Numbered from the stretch's first letter, positions 26,201 through 38,760 are shown. The stretch: 64,000 nt of DNA from Basidiobolus meristosporus CBS 931.73 (GCA_002104905.1 MCFE01000222.1:1-64000), one strand, 5' to 3'. Made by a program: numbers and translations. Notes: generated by a model not told the origin, from the sequence alone.

Positions 26201-27203
26201 CCTAGTTCTTTATGTGGACGACCTAATTATAGCTACAAGTGATCAAGAGGCACTTAAACAGATGAAATCAGATCTCTTCAGCAAGTTTGAGATGAAAGAT
26301 CTTGGAAAATTGAGCTATTTTCTTGGAATTGAGGTCAAATTTGACATACCTACGCAGAAAATTGTGCTGAATCAGTCTAAGTACATCAGGGACATTCTGA
26401 GACGCTTCAAAATGGAAAATTGCAAGCCTGCAGCAACCCCTATGGACAATAACCTGAAATTAAGCAAATCTCAGCCAGTTATGGATGAAAACGGCTCAAA
26501 TATGGACCAAAACTTTCCCTATCAATCAATGGTCGGTAGCCTAATGTACTTGATGGTGTCTACACGTCCAGATATTGCAGTAGCAGTTGGAATAGTCAGT
26601 CAATTCATGCAGAATTATGGATCAGATCAAATTGCAGCAGTTAAGCGGATTTTCAGATATCTACAAGGTACCATAAATATGGTACTGGAATACTCTGGAG
26701 CAGCAAATAGGCAAAAATTTGATGGTTATAGTGATTCAGATTGGGGTAGGGATTTGATTGACAGACGCTCTACCACAGGCTATGTATTTCTTTATGCTGG
26801 TGCAGCTATTACTTGGAATTGCAAGAAACAACCAACTGTGGCACTATCTACAACTGAAGCCAAATATATGGCTGCATGTCAAGCAACTAAGGAGGCTATA
26901 TGGCTACGAAAATTATTCAAAGACTTAGGTTTTAATTCAGGTGAACCAACATGTATTTACAAGGATAATCAAAGTTGTATTTCATTAGCTAGAAATCCTA
27001 CTAATCATGCCAGAACTAAGCACATTGATATACAGCATCACTTTGTGAGGGAAGCTGTAGAAAATAACTTAGTGGAGCTGGTTTACTGCCCAACTGACAA
27101 AATGGTGGCAGACATATTGACAAAGCCACTAGCTAGGCCACAGTTTAAGATCCTTAGAGAGAAATTGGGATTAAGAAATTATTTAGTTGAGGGGGAGTGT
27201 TGA
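23286..27203 (+). CDS. Gag-Pol polyprotein, Ty1/copia order Gag-PR-IN-RT-RH
   Basis: 1305 aa with no stops. CNYCKKPGHWAREC zinc knuckle, WYIDSGASQH protease, WHRRLGH...CKGC, DNGGEY and NGVAERAN integrase, YVDD RT, TDKMVADILTKPL RNase H. The stop lies 6 nt inside the 3' LTR. Confidence 0.98.
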   Translation: MTSSSKQSNTNIFPVKERFDGKNYRLWRIKMQIHLEERKLWNIVTGKEVEPKGTAEDVEKFQEKERKAFNAICINVQDSFIRQIHASNTAKAAWESLEKIFRAKSVSSKLYLKRKLFNMRKKPDDDMLQLITRMETLAEELYSINAGVDDEEKILCLLCSLPDKYEPLILSFESREDNLTLDYVKGRLLHEELRRNDQAEKIEDNALFSSERHTEKKGKQQNRRKPGCCNYCKKPGHWARECKKKQADEKPKLEQANHITTDEQLFVTVQESASNQSNEWYIDSGASQHICGIKDWFSNLKTIPVRKVYLGDNSALEATASGSIQLNMSDNSGATTAKLTDVLYVPGIAKNLLSVSKATTQGLKFVFTKLSCSILSENGQKLALGIRDHNIYKLQCKIIVPEYVNIAETDETNWETWHRRLGHIGEQKMSQLVKNQLVLGLKYSIPIKLNVCKGCSYGKQARQRFKSSEGINTTEKLAIVHSDICGPMRTLSFGAKRYFMTFIDDKTRYTWVYYLKTKDEALETFKHFKNMAETQTGCKLKVLQSDNGGEYCSKEFAKHCLSTGILQQTTVPHTPQQNGVAERANRTIVEMGRSMLHDKGMDYKFWAESVATAVYIKNRCPTTALRDSTPFEAYTGKKPDLQHLRIFGSDVFYHIPDKKRSKLEPKSRKGIFLGYCEDTKGYRVYDGKIQKLIKSRDVVFEENSDQKATEIIGQLPDDAINTNEEDTYQIQPEMEDTSTSSRSEQIIPVRRSTRIRNAPGSWWQTSNDHEEAYLALCAKPQNLEQAMQGPDATKWQQAMQEEYQSLIKAKTWELVDLPNGRKPIGCRWVYKIKITSNGAVDKYKARLVAKGYSQIQGLDFKETFAPVAKFNSIRTVLALAAVHSLDLHQMDVKTAFLNGDLQETIYMEQPEGFTDPKSPHKVCKLRKSLYGLKQAPRAWYNKIDTYLEEIGFSCSTADHSIYVKQLKKGVIILVLYVDDLIIATSDQEALKQMKSDLFSKFEMKDLGKLSYFLGIEVKFDIPTQKIVLNQSKYIRDILRRFKMENCKPAATPMDNNLKLSKSQPVMDENGSNMDQNFPYQSMVGSLMYLMVSTRPDIAVAVGIVSQFMQNYGSDQIAAVKRIFRYLQGTINMVLEYSGAANRQKFDGYSDSDWGRDLIDRRSTTGYVFLYAGAAITWNCKKQPTVALSTTEAKYMAACQATKEAIWLRKLFKDLGFNSGEPTCIYKDNQSCISLARNPTNHARTKHIDIQHHFVREAVENNLVELVYCPTDKMVADILTKPLARPQFKILREKLGLRNYLVEGEC
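27189..27197 (+). promoter_or_regulatory. Polypurine tract GAGGGGGAG
   Basis: Immediately upstream of the 3' LTR. Confidence 0.85.
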
Positions 27204-27566
27204 AATATTGGACTATTTGGTATCATTCAGCAGCTAAAAATTTACTTAACAATTCTAGGCTAGTCTTAGTCACTGTAGGACTCATTTACTGCCTTAACTT
27301 TGCCACTTTCTCCAGATATATGATCTTATGATTATTCCCCTATAGTCAGGATCAAATTAGCACTATTACCAAACATTATGTACTAACCCTGAAACTGTTA
27401 CAGAATGCTCCTGAATATTGAGAAACCCTCCCTACTTAGTGTTGCAGCTGTATTACTTCTACAAAGGTATAAATACTGAGCTTCTTTATGAATAAACAAC
27501 AGTTCAACTATTATCACTATTTCTTGATAAGTTCCTTATATCCAAATCACTTCTTAAATTGCAACA
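27198..27566 (+). repeat. Copia-1 3' LTR
   Basis: Identical to the 5' LTR except T at 27525 versus C at 23208. Confidence 0.97.
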
Positions 27567-27829
27567 GATCATGTGTCACAGGTTCTGACATGGGTACTTG
27601 CCTAATATAGAAGCACTTATAGCTAGTGATCTTACATAAAGTGGGAGTAACTTATGCAATAAGGTAAGCTGGTGTGATAGTCAACTGGCTGATGGGATAG
27701 TGCTCCTTGGGTAAGACAAATGGGATAAAACTAAAATAAGTGTAGTAGGGATATAGGGAAGTAGAGAATAAGGGAATGAGCACATCTGTCAGTGGGTGTC
27801 ACCATCACCCCACTACAGCAACTTATGTG

Positions 27830-28172
27830 TAATTCTTCAATAAAATCATCAAGTCTGTAATCAAATAAGAAATACGCAACTGGTGCAATCTGATATGAGT
27901 TAATGTAATCCAAGCTCTCTCAGATCTATGATCCTGTGAATTTCCCTTATTATAAAGATCAAATTAGCACCTTTATAAGATGTTATGTAATAACCCTGCA
28001 ATTGTTGCACAATGTTCCTGACTATTGATAAACTCTCTATCTTAGTGTTGTAGTTGTCTTACCTCTACTAAGGTGGAAATACTAAGCAGCTTGTTGGAAC
28101 AACAATAGTTCAGGTATTGACCCCTTTTCTTGTTTAGCTTGCAATGTACAAAACACTTCTCAATTTGCAACA
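27830..28172 (+). repeat. Diverged Copia-1-like LTR remnant
   Basis: GATCAAATTAGCAC, TAACCCTG and terminal TTGCAACA are shared with the Copia-1 LTR. Left end unclear. Confidence 0.6.
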
Positions 28173-28787
28173 ATACATACCTTCAAATTTACCCTTGCCA
28201 CTTGAATTATTTTCATGCTTGCTGTTAAATAAGATGGAGTGGTGGCACTTGATTGCTGGTGAGAGTTGTACTTTATAGATTTGCAGTAGTTGCATGACTG
28301 CATGAGCTTTGTTTGATGCACTATTACTCAAATATACATATAATGTCAATGATATTTTCTTCAGATGGAAGAGGATCCATAACAAGGAGAGCACCTTATA
28401 ATGGAGTCATTTCCTGCTGCAAATGCCATGCAACTCTAAGCACAGGTTGGTAGCAGGACAATCACTGGGTCAAATGTTGTCAGCTGCATGACATTTATCC
28501 ATTTGTAACATTAAGTGGGTAAGTTGCATTCTGAAATGATCTTAGTAAAATGCAGCACTAGGCTCAAAAAGGCATTGTAGACAGCCTGACTCATTTGGTG
28601 CAAAGTGACAAATATGGCTAGGTGCTGTTGAAGAGGTGTCAAGTGATCAGCAATATTATGGCAATAGTGCAGCAACTGTTAACTATAGAAGTATGTGTTA
28701 AATTACAAAATGCAGGCCATGATCTTGGTATTACTGCATATGCTTGAGTATGAGACATTGCATAAAGATGACTGTATATCAATGTTT

Positions 28788-29514
28788 AAGTCTGTTCTAA
28801 TTGAGAGTGCTACACTGAGCCATGAGTAGTACATAAGTCCATAGTGTGCCAGAGAGGCAAAGTAATCATATACTTGGACACAGAGTGTGATACATAATTC
28901 TTCATCTACATGCAAAGCAACCCTTGTATCTTGCCTACTGTGCTATAGAAAATCAAATTTTTGACCATTTTTTTTAAATTGAGTGTTGTCCACAGAGCAA
29001 GAACACAGAGGGACTGAAGATATGCATTTGTTACTTCATACCAGGGGCAATCTGAGTCTAGCTCACTAAGTTTTTAACTTGTCAGAAAAATGCATTGCAC
29101 CATCTTGGTCCAATATTGCATTGTGGCACTGTCTTCAAATATTTGCACTAAAGTAAAGGGTTATACAGAGCACTTTAGAGGCAGATAGTGCCAGTGGACC
29201 AGGATAGTGCCATGCACTTTACAACAAGTTACTTACCTCTGGAGCCAGATTTTGAGTGCCTGGGTGATTGAGTACCTAGTGCATCCACTCAGCCCTTCTG
29301 TACTCTTACACATCATTCACAGCATTGATAAAAAAAGGTCAAAAAATAGATCTTCTTCAGTAGAGCAGGTTAAACAAAGGAGCTGCTTTGCATAACTATG
29401 TATGCTACTCTTCACACTGTGTGGCCAAGTATAGGTTTACATAGCCTCTCTCACACACCAATGAACTAATTGACACCCATAAGTCAATGTGGCAATATCT
29501 ACCAGAACAAGTCT
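28788..29514. mobile_element. Foldback MITE, decayed copy
   Basis: Ends GAACAAGTCT|ATT like the PHIS right TIR. Long internal inverted arms homologous to 40740-41444. Confidence 0.7.
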
Positions 29515-31899
29515 ATTACTCACCATGGTAGGCAATATAAATAAAGTTGGGGCAACAAATACACATATAAGTAAACTGTCAGTATAACTTGGCTCTGTGA
29601 GTGAGCCCAATCTAAATGAATCATGAGTATGCAGCAATGAGGCCATCACAATGCTGGCAGCTTGAAAATGGCTACCCTCTTCACAATTGTGCAATAGGAT
29701 TGGGATGATTTTTTTTGATTTTACTAGTATATAGGGTAATAAGCTTGATGGGGTGATAGCATATCTTGGTGGGATCTGCATGGCATTCTAATGGACTTAA
29801 TGCAGTCAAAATATTTTTGAGTAAGCCACACCAGTCAAGACCTCAAATGAAATTGATGGTTAGAACTTGACAATGTCTTAGCAGCCTTAATGCAGACATC
29901 TGTTGGAATTGTAACAGCAGTATGGTGGCCTGCAGCTAGTCCCATGCAATGCTACCATGCCAGTTTATTGAAAAGTATTTCCTTTTTCTATTTTTACTAT
30001 AGAAGCAGCCCAATTTACTTGCTTACTAAGTACTATAATGGTTATAGCACGTATCTGTTAAATAAACAAAAGATATACTACTAGCCTCTATATAGATGCA
30101 CACCTGATATAATTGAGATAGTGCCATCACCTAAGCTTTATGGCTCTTTAGTGTTGCACTAGTAAAGAAGCCATATACCACATATTGTTAATAATATGAA
30201 TATCCAAAAAACAAATGCATAGTTGCCACTCCATTTTCCATTAAGGCCTCTGGAGTATTGCAAAATGCTTTTTGGTACTTAGCCAGTAAGCTCATTGTCC
30301 TTGAAGTATATGTGTCCCCTATATTAATACACTCTGGATCTTGTTTTATGAGTCCCAGATTAGGAGTTTTAGAAACTGGCTTGCTACCAGCAGAAACCTG
30401 TCATATTTTGGTACAGATGCCTTAACAAGAATTAATTGATTGTTGTGCCCAACCTAACTTTGCATTACTTAACTGAGTATCTGCACAATGGAGCTGCTTA
30501 GTTTCTTGCTGCAATATGCTTCAGTGTTTCTATGTGCACATCTGTTCTCAGTATTTTCAAACTCTACCTGGCTGTCCTCCAAGTGCCAACTCATTACATT
30601 CAAGACAGACTTGAAGAAAATAATCTTGATAAGCTTAGGATAATGAGGTACTTGCCACTTGACTTGACTTCCTATCTCCCCACATATGGGCTCCATAAGT
30701 GGCTCTCAAAAGGTGTAGCAGGTAAACTTTCTCCAAATACCAGCAAGATAATGTAGAGAATGAATGTAATAGCAGCATGGATCTACTAAATCTTTACTAT
30801 GCTTGCGGTATAGCATCTCAAATCACATAATATAGTCCCAATAGTGGCACTTTCTGATGCAAAAGTCATGCAACTAGTACTACTTACTGGGAGCTGGACA
30901 ATTGCTGAGTCAACTTTTGTCTGATGCATGTTGGTGATCTGTTTATATAATGTATAAGGTAAGTGGCCTCCCAGAATGATTGAGGCAAGTAGTAGAAGTA
31001 AATACTCAATGAACCAATTGCTGATATTAATGGTAACATGCCACTTCTCTAGCCACAATATTGCACCATTCAGCTGCAAATAGATTACTAGGCTCACAAC
31101 AGTACTCAGCAATAAATATACTTTTAGGCTCACATGGCTCCATAATGTACGCTCAACAATTTTTCCATGGGTGTTGTCTCATCAACTATTGAGATTCTGC
31201 TGGTCTCAAGGCAGGTACTACTCAGAGGGGATATATGCTGACAAAGAAGCAGCAAGCTTTCTGCTTCAGAGCATTCACTGTAGATGCCGTATGCATAAGG
31301 CAGAGGTGAGCCAAAAGGTGCTCAAACTTTCCTGACTTAGTTTGTGCAAGGTGACAATTTTGGTTAGGTATTAATTTAGAATCATCAAGCTGCTGACTAG
31401 ACATTGCTTATATAGTAGTGAACAACAGTGCCCAGATATAACTTGTGTGGCATGATACTAGCAGTTATCCTTGTAATACTTGCAATGCTGTCTGCACACT
31501 TCATAACTGAGAGTCTTGTCCTAATTGCCACATGTTCAAGTCTCCATTCTTGTTTAGCATTGAATAACTGCAGTGCTTCCCAAGGGACAAATAGCTTGAC
31601 GCTCAACAATGTAACACCATGACATCACTTTTTATCAATACATATGTGAGTTCAAGACAGTCTTGTATTTCAGACTTTGCCCCTACAAGAACATAAGATT
31701 TGATGGTAATCCACTGTAGTAAGTCTCACATGGGAGATGTAAAAGCATATATATAGCATTATATCCCCTTTGGTTGGACTCACTTCCATCTATTTATTGC
31801 CAAAAATTACACAAAATTGTCTGGCATGCAGCTAAACCCTGCAACAAACACCAGCAAAATAATGGTTCAAATACAACTTGCTTTGACATTCAATGCCAC

Positions 31900-32110
31900 A
31901 CTATCTCTGGCTGAAGACCAGCAAATGGCCATCATGATATCACCACTGCCTATATTAGCAAGTATGTTGTCAGCTCATACCACAGCACTAATAAGGCAGT
32001 GAGGTGCAGTGGCAAATAGGATAAATTAGCTGGACCAAGGCATCATGACACCATCCAGAGTCAGGATGAGCAGAAAATAAGTGTAAAGCACTCATTATGC
32101 TAGTAAGAAA
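31900..32110 (+). repeat. Family D fragment
   Basis: AGTATGTTGTCAGCTCATAC...GGTGCAGTGGC is shared with 38820-38880 and, in reverse, with about 540-620. Confidence 0.55.
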
Positions 32111-32127
32111 ATGCAGTATTGCTGTTA

Positions 32128-34330
32128 TTTTACAAGTCTTTGTGTAAGAGTTGTAGAGGAATTGGGAGTTGAGCAAGTAATGTATTCACTGAAACTTGAA
32201 CTGATTTTTATTGAGGTTGCAGTAGTTTCTTATACAGACATTGCCTGATCTATTGCTGACTAATTGTATTTCCTAATGTATGTTGTGGCTGATGACTCAT
32301 TTGATTGCATCATCATTACCCAATGAGATCCTACTTGATATATCTATTCCTGTCTGATAGGGATCTGCTGATTCATTTGCTGACTAATGCTAATGATTTG
32401 ATAGATAACACTGATATACTGATAGGCTAAACATATAAGTAATTAATTTGACTAAGAACTGATCTAACTTAAGCACTCAAGCAGTAGATCATAGAATTCT
32501 CCCCTACTCAAGTTGAGAGGGTTCTCCTGAATCTCTTTTGTTGTGGTACTAATATCTTGATGGTTCAGTATTGTCAGCAAGTCTTGCAAGCTTGAGTCTG
32601 TCTCTATGAACTAAATCTTCCCAGATATTTCTCATTTTGTTCACTAGTGGGTAAGTTGCAAATGCACACACACTCTGATGATCTTAAAAGGTCCTGTCCA
32701 TTGTGGCTCAAACTTCTTCCAAGTATTGTTTCTCAGCAATACAAAGTTCCCAACTGTCAACAATTCTGGTGATAGAGTCTTATCCAATCTCTGCTTCATC
32801 TTTTCTGCACTCTAAGATACTTTGGCCTGTGCCTCTTGATGTCTTTGTTCCAGCTGCTGGTGTCAACTTGGATGACTGATTTCATTTTCTAAGGTGTCTT
32901 TAAACTTTGGTTGTGTGATATCTCCTGGAATCCTTGGTTCACATCCATATGCTAAGTAAAACGGCAATTGCCAGGTGGTGTTTTGTACTCTAACTCTGCA
33001 TGCAAAGAGTGCTTGGTCTATATACTCATCTCATCTACTGACAGCCCCATTTGCATGATTGGTCAGCATTTTTCTAAGTAGCCCATGAAATTGCTCAGTG
33101 ACTCCACTAATTCTAGGGTGATATGCCAAGGTTTTCAAGTGTCTGATGTGCTGCATTTTCAGGTAAACTTCCAATATCTTTGCCAAAACATTTGCTCCTC
33201 TATTTGATAGAATCTTTACAGGGCATTCAAGCTTCAATAGGAACTCATGGTAGATGAAACTTGCAACTTCTTGTTTACTGGCTACAGGTACTACTTTGGC
33301 CACTAGCCATTTAGTGGCATGGTCAATTGCCACTAGGATCCAATGATTGCATTTCCTGGTAGTTGCAAGTGTTCCTATAAAGTCAATTTCCCATCTTTCA
33401 AAGGTCTTGCAGGCTCTAAGGGAAAGGTTTCAGTAATTCTCTGTGGTTGGCCTTGGTTGATATGGCAATTTGGGCATGTTTTCACTAGCTTCTCAATGTC
33501 TTGTTTCATTGTGGGCCACCATGCTCTGGCTTTCACAAGGCTATAGGCTCCTTCAATTCCAAGATGTCCATATCCTTTGTGTAGCTTATGAACTAAATCA
33601 AGGCAAGGAACATAAGGGCAATAGGCAATAGGGCTTCTACCAACAACTTGGTAGAGTGTTTCATCCAGTACCACAAATTTGCTGGCTTCATCCCAGATTA
33701 TCTTCTTGATCTCCTCATCCACCTCATTAGGAATGGCTTGGCCCTCCAAGTACTTTGGTAATAGGCTAGGTCAATCTGATTCATGTACCAAGTTGAGTTG
33801 TGCAACTTGATCTAGTCTTGATAAGGCATCAGCAACTGTATTGTTTTCCCCAGGACAGTAGACAATCTCCAAATCAAATTGCTGAATGTAATCACTCCAT
33901 CTTGTCAATCTTCTAGAGAGTACCTTCAGAGTAAATACATACTTGAAGGAGGCATGATTGGTCTTCATGTGCATCTGACTCCTTCAATATAGCATCTCCA
34001 TGTCATCAAGCAGTATATTATAGCAAGCATCCCCTTGTCATGCACTACATAGTTTTGACCTGCTGAGTTCAGTTTCTTAGATTCAAAGGCAACTGGGTAG
34101 CCCTCTCTCTTGTGTTCTTGGCTTAATGCTCCACCAATTTCATAATCTGAAGCATCTCTACACAGAGTAAACTCTTTTCTGAAGTCAGGTTTTCTTAAGC
34201 TTGGCAGCTTAGTAAGTTCATTCTTGAGCATCCAAAAGGCAGTCTGACAAGCTATGTCCCACTTGTAGGTATTGTCTCTCTTGAGAATATCAGTTAAAAA
34301 GGCTGCAATACTTGCAAAGGATCAGATATC
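32128..34330 (-). mobile_element. Gypsy-A 3' part (RNase H, integrase, PPT, 3' LTR 32128-32496), decayed
   Basis: GYPVAFESKKLNSA (RH), HKGYGHLG...CPNC and AYHPRISGVTE (IN), WTGPF motif. LTR matches 34730-35098. Confidence 0.85.
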
Positions 34331-34729
34331 CCATTTTTTCTATTGAACAAGTAAATTGATATTAGTGATTGGACATGAAGCCATAATTAGCAAAAACTAA
34401 TAAGGTAAGTAAGACAGAACAGATAGCTGCACTGATGTTTCAGATTGTATATAAATATGAAAAGTGCTCATGTGTGATGATCTGCTGCATGAACATTTAA
34501 GTAAGATCAATTTTTAATCAAATTCACTACACCTATGCTTAGCCTTTCAGTATATCAGTATAATCCAGCAAATCAGTAATAGTAGTCAGCAGGTGAATAA
34601 GCAGATCCTCATCAAACAGAAATAGCTATAGTAAGTAAGATCTAACTGATGATGATGATGCACTCAGATGAGTCTTGTGGCTTGTAACATGTCACAAAAA
34701 TGCATGGCACTGTCTTGGTCAACTGGTAC

Positions 34730-37700
34730 TGTTATGATCTACTGCTTGAATGTTTAAGTTAGATCAGTTTTTAGTTAAATCAGTTAGTTTTATATTTTGC
34801 CTATCAGTACATCAGTGTTATCTATCAAATCAGTAGTATTAGTGAGCAGATGAGTTAGCAGATCCTTATCAGACAAAAATAGTTATATTAAGTAGGAGCT
34901 AACTGGGTGATGATGATGCTATCAAATGAGTCATCAGCCACTGCCTACATTAGGAAATACAATTAGTCAGCAAATGCTCTGGCAAAATGTATATAAGGAG
35001 CTGCTGGGACCTCATTAAAGATCAGATAAAGTTTTAGTGAGTACAATACTAGCTAAACTCCCTATTCCTCTACAGCTCTTATACCAAGACTTGTAACATT
35101 GGTAGCAGCAGTAACCAGTAACCTCCCTCCTGAAGAATGAAGAAACCACCCTCAAGATGTGGGACAATCAAGAATGGAAGAATGCCATGCAGCAAATCCC
35201 AGCCCAACAGCAACAAGTAATGACTACCATGGCTCAGAGCCAGCAAAGCCCTGTCAAGAGCAACTTTAGTGTGAAGGTCAACTGGTACCATGGCAGAGTC
35301 AATGAAAACCTGGGAACTTGGCTCTTTCAGATTGAAGAAGCTTTTAAGGCTGAAGGAATTGCTCCAGAAAGCAAGTTGCTTTATGCAGCTTCTTACCTGC
35401 CAGATGCAGCTTTACAGTGGTACCGCAGCAAAATCAGGTCAGGCACTACAATGATATGCTCTACAATCTCTACCTGGGATGAGTTTGTGTCGTAAATTCA
35501 GGATGCTTTTGAACCTCCACACCAGCAGACACTACTAAGAAGGAAATTAAAGACACTCAGACATAAAGGAATGGCTTAAGAATACATCTATGGATATAGA
35601 TGTCTACTTGGACAAATTGAAAGAATGGACCCCCTGGATCAAGTTGAATACTTTATTGATGGGTTGAAAGAAAGAACTCACAAGGAAGTGAGATATCAAA
35701 GATCACAGAATATTAAAGAAGCCATCAAGATTGCCATTGACTATGACTCATCTATGTTTGGAGTTGGGAAGCCTACAGTGACTAAGCAGAAAGGCTGCAA
35801 TCATTATGAAAGAAGACAGTCAGAAGCAGTACCAATAGAAATAGATGCTATGCAGAAGAACCCCACCTCAGAAGAATGCAGGAAGAAAGGACTTTGTTTC
35901 AATTGCCACCGGCAAGGACACATCTCAAAGTACTGCCCCCATAGAAGAAATGGATACCAGCCAACAAGAACCTTCAACCATATTGAGTCCCATGAACACA
36001 TTCATGTGGAGGATGAGCTTAAAGAAGACTTGGAACTCACCTTCCATATAACAGAAGAGTACTTGTCCCAAATGACCTCAAACTCAGGAAAGTTATTGTA
36101 CTTAAATGGAGTAATCAACAGAGTACCTGCCAAAATCATGAATGACTCAGGAGCATAATATGAATACATGTCAGAACAATTTGCCTTGAAAGCTGGAATG
36201 AACTTGGAACCTACCAAATCAACTTCAGTCTCCACAGCTGATGGGAACTCTCACATAATCAACTGTATTACCCAGCCAGTAAGAATGAAGATCAATGACT
36301 ATGAACAAGACCTACAGGCTTATATATTTGGGAACTGCAAGTTTGACCTTGTACTTGGAAAAACCTGGCTATCTTGTTGTAATCCATCAATCAACTGGAG
36401 AACCCATGCTACTCAGATCCAAAAAGACAACAAGACCTATGAGCTACTACCTGCCAGGCTGGATTTCAACTTGGTCAATTCCACTATGTGTGAGACAAGT
36501 GAACTTAGCAAGACCCAGTTATGTAGAGCGCTTAGAAAAGGTACACAGATGTTCATCATGGCGGTATTACAGGAGGATTCCTCAACCCCAGCACCCCAGC
36601 AAGTCCAGACTCTCTTGAAGAAATATTCAGATGTGTTTCCAGATGAGCTTGTAAGCCTACCACCAGTCAGAGATGTGGATCATGCCATTGACACAGGAGA
36701 TAGCCCTCCAGTGAGCAAGGCACCTTACAGAATGAGTCCATTGGAGTTGGAGGAAATGAAGAGACAAATTGATCAGCTACTGGAGTAAGGATACATTAGA
36801 CCCAGCAAGTCACCTTGGGGAGCACCAGTGCTTTTTGTGAAAAAGAAGGATGGAACACTTAGGATGTGCATTGACTACAGAGCCCTGAACTCAGTTACCG
36901 TCAAGCATAAGTACCCCATACCTTAGATTGATGAGCTTTTGGACCAACTTAATGGAGTCACCATATTCAGCAAAATTGACCTCATGTCAGGATACAACCA
37001 GATTAGGGTGAAACCAGAAGATATCCCTAAGACAGCATTCAGGACCAGATATGGGCATTATGAGTACTTAGTCATGAGTTTTGGCCTTACCAATGCCCCT
37101 GCAACATTCATGACCCTGATGCAGACTGTCTTCCAGGAGTACTTAGACAAGTTTGTGATAATCTATCCAGAAGACATATTGATATAAAGCAAGACAGAAG
37201 AGGATCTCTTGGTACACATTGAAAAGGTCTTGAAGAAGCTAAGAGAGAACAAGCTATATGGAAAACTAGCCAAGTGTGAATTCTTCAAGGAGCATGTTGA
37301 ATATCTGGGACACATAGTGACTAGCACATGTGTGACCTTAGACCCTGAGAAGGTTGAAGTTACCAAGAATTTGAAGCAGCCCCATAGCATATCAGAACTC
37401 AGATCATTCCTTGGGATGGCATCCTATTATTAAAGATTTGTCAAGTCCTTTGCAAGCATTGCAGCCCCTGTAACTGATATCTTCAAGAAAGACAACACTG
37501 GTTTCCTATTATCGGAGATTTGTCAAGTCATTTGCAAGTATTGCAGCCCCTTTAACTGATATCCTCAAGAAAGACAATACCTACAAGTGGGACATAGCCT
37601 GTGAGACTGCATTTCAGATGCTCAAGAATGAACTTGCTAAGCTACCAAGCTTAAGAATACCTGACTTCAGAAAAGAGTTTACCCTGTGCACATATGCGCC

Positions 37701-38760
37701 AGATTATGCAATTGGTGGAGTACTAAGCCAAGAACACAAGGGAAAGGACTACCCAGTTGCCTTTGAGTCCAAGAAACTGAACTCAGCAGAACAAAACTAT
37801 CTTGAGCATGAGTAGGAGATGCTTGCTATAATACACTGCCTGAAGACATGGAGATGCTTTATTGAAGGAGTCAAATGCACTGTAAATGTACAATGAAGAC
37901 TGATCATGCCTCACTGAAGTATATATATACTCAGAAGGTTCTATCCAGAAGAATGACAAGATGAAGTGAATACATTCAGCAATTTGACTTGGACATTGTC
38001 TACTGCCCTGGGAAAAACAACACGGTTGCTGATGCCTAATCAAGACTAGAACAAGTGGCACAACTCAACTTGGTACATGAATCAGATTGGCCTAGCTTAT
38101 TACCACAATACTTGGAGGACCAAGCCACTTCTAATGAGGTGGATGAAGAGATAAAGAAGATAATCCGGGATGAAGCCAGCAAATTTGTTGTACAGGTTGA
38201 AACTCTCTACCAAATTGTTGATGGAAGCCCTATTGCCTATTGTCCTTATGTTGCTTGCCTGGATTTAATATATAAGCTACACAATGGATATGGACATCTT
38301 GAGATTGAAGGAACCTATAGCCTTGTGAAAGTCAGAGCGTGGTGGCCCAGAATGAAACAAGATATTGAGAAGCTAGTGCAAACATGCCCAAACTGCCAAA
38401 TCAATTAAGGCCAGCCACAAAGAATTGCCAAATACTTCTCTTTGGAGCCGGTAAGACCATTTGAGTGATGGGGAATTGACTTTATTGGAAGACTGCCAAC
38501 CACCAGGAAATGCAACTGTTGGATCCTAGTAGCAATTGAACATGTCACTAAATGGCCAGTTGCTAGAGCTGTACCAATAGCCAGTGAGCAAGAAGTTGCA
38601 AGTTTCATCTGTGATGGGATCCTTATGAGGTTTGGATGCCCTGTAGAGATTCTATTTCATAGAGGAGCAAACTCTATAGCAAAGACATTGGAAGCTTACC
38701 TGGAAAGGCAGCACATCAGACACTTGAAAACCTTGGCATATCACCCTAGAACTAATGGAG
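34730..38760 (+). mobile_element. Gypsy-A 5' part (LTR 34730-35098, PBS TGGTAGCAG, gag, PR, RT, RH, partial IN), decayed
   Basis: Retrotrans_gag-like WLFQIEEAF...[32 protein letters not shown] and [26 protein letters not shown]. Truncated at YHPRTNG. Confidence 0.92.

Larger units (their letters stand above)
22881..27566 (+). mobile_element. Intact Ty1/copia retrotransposon (Copia-1)
   Basis: 369-bp LTRs with TG...CA ends, 5-bp TSD GATCA (22876-22880 and 27567-27571), PBS, PPT and a single intact ORF. Confidence 0.98.
22058..27817 (-). repeat. LTR-C solo LTR split by Copia-1 (22058-22880 plus 27572-27817)
   Basis: TGTGGTGGTGTA start and CCCCACTACA end match the 41631-42434 LTR in reverse. 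Flanks ACAA/GCAA form a 4-bp TSD with one mismatch. Confidence 0.7.

Noticed and set aside
32500-32720. Chromodomain at the end of Gypsy-A or Gypsy-B integrase
   Set aside because: Both end shortly after the GPY/F-like motif, with no aromatic-cage pattern.
34730-35098. Shared 369-bp LTR length of Gypsy-A and Copia-1 as a sign of relationship
   Set aside because: No sequence similarity beyond TG...CA. Coincidence.
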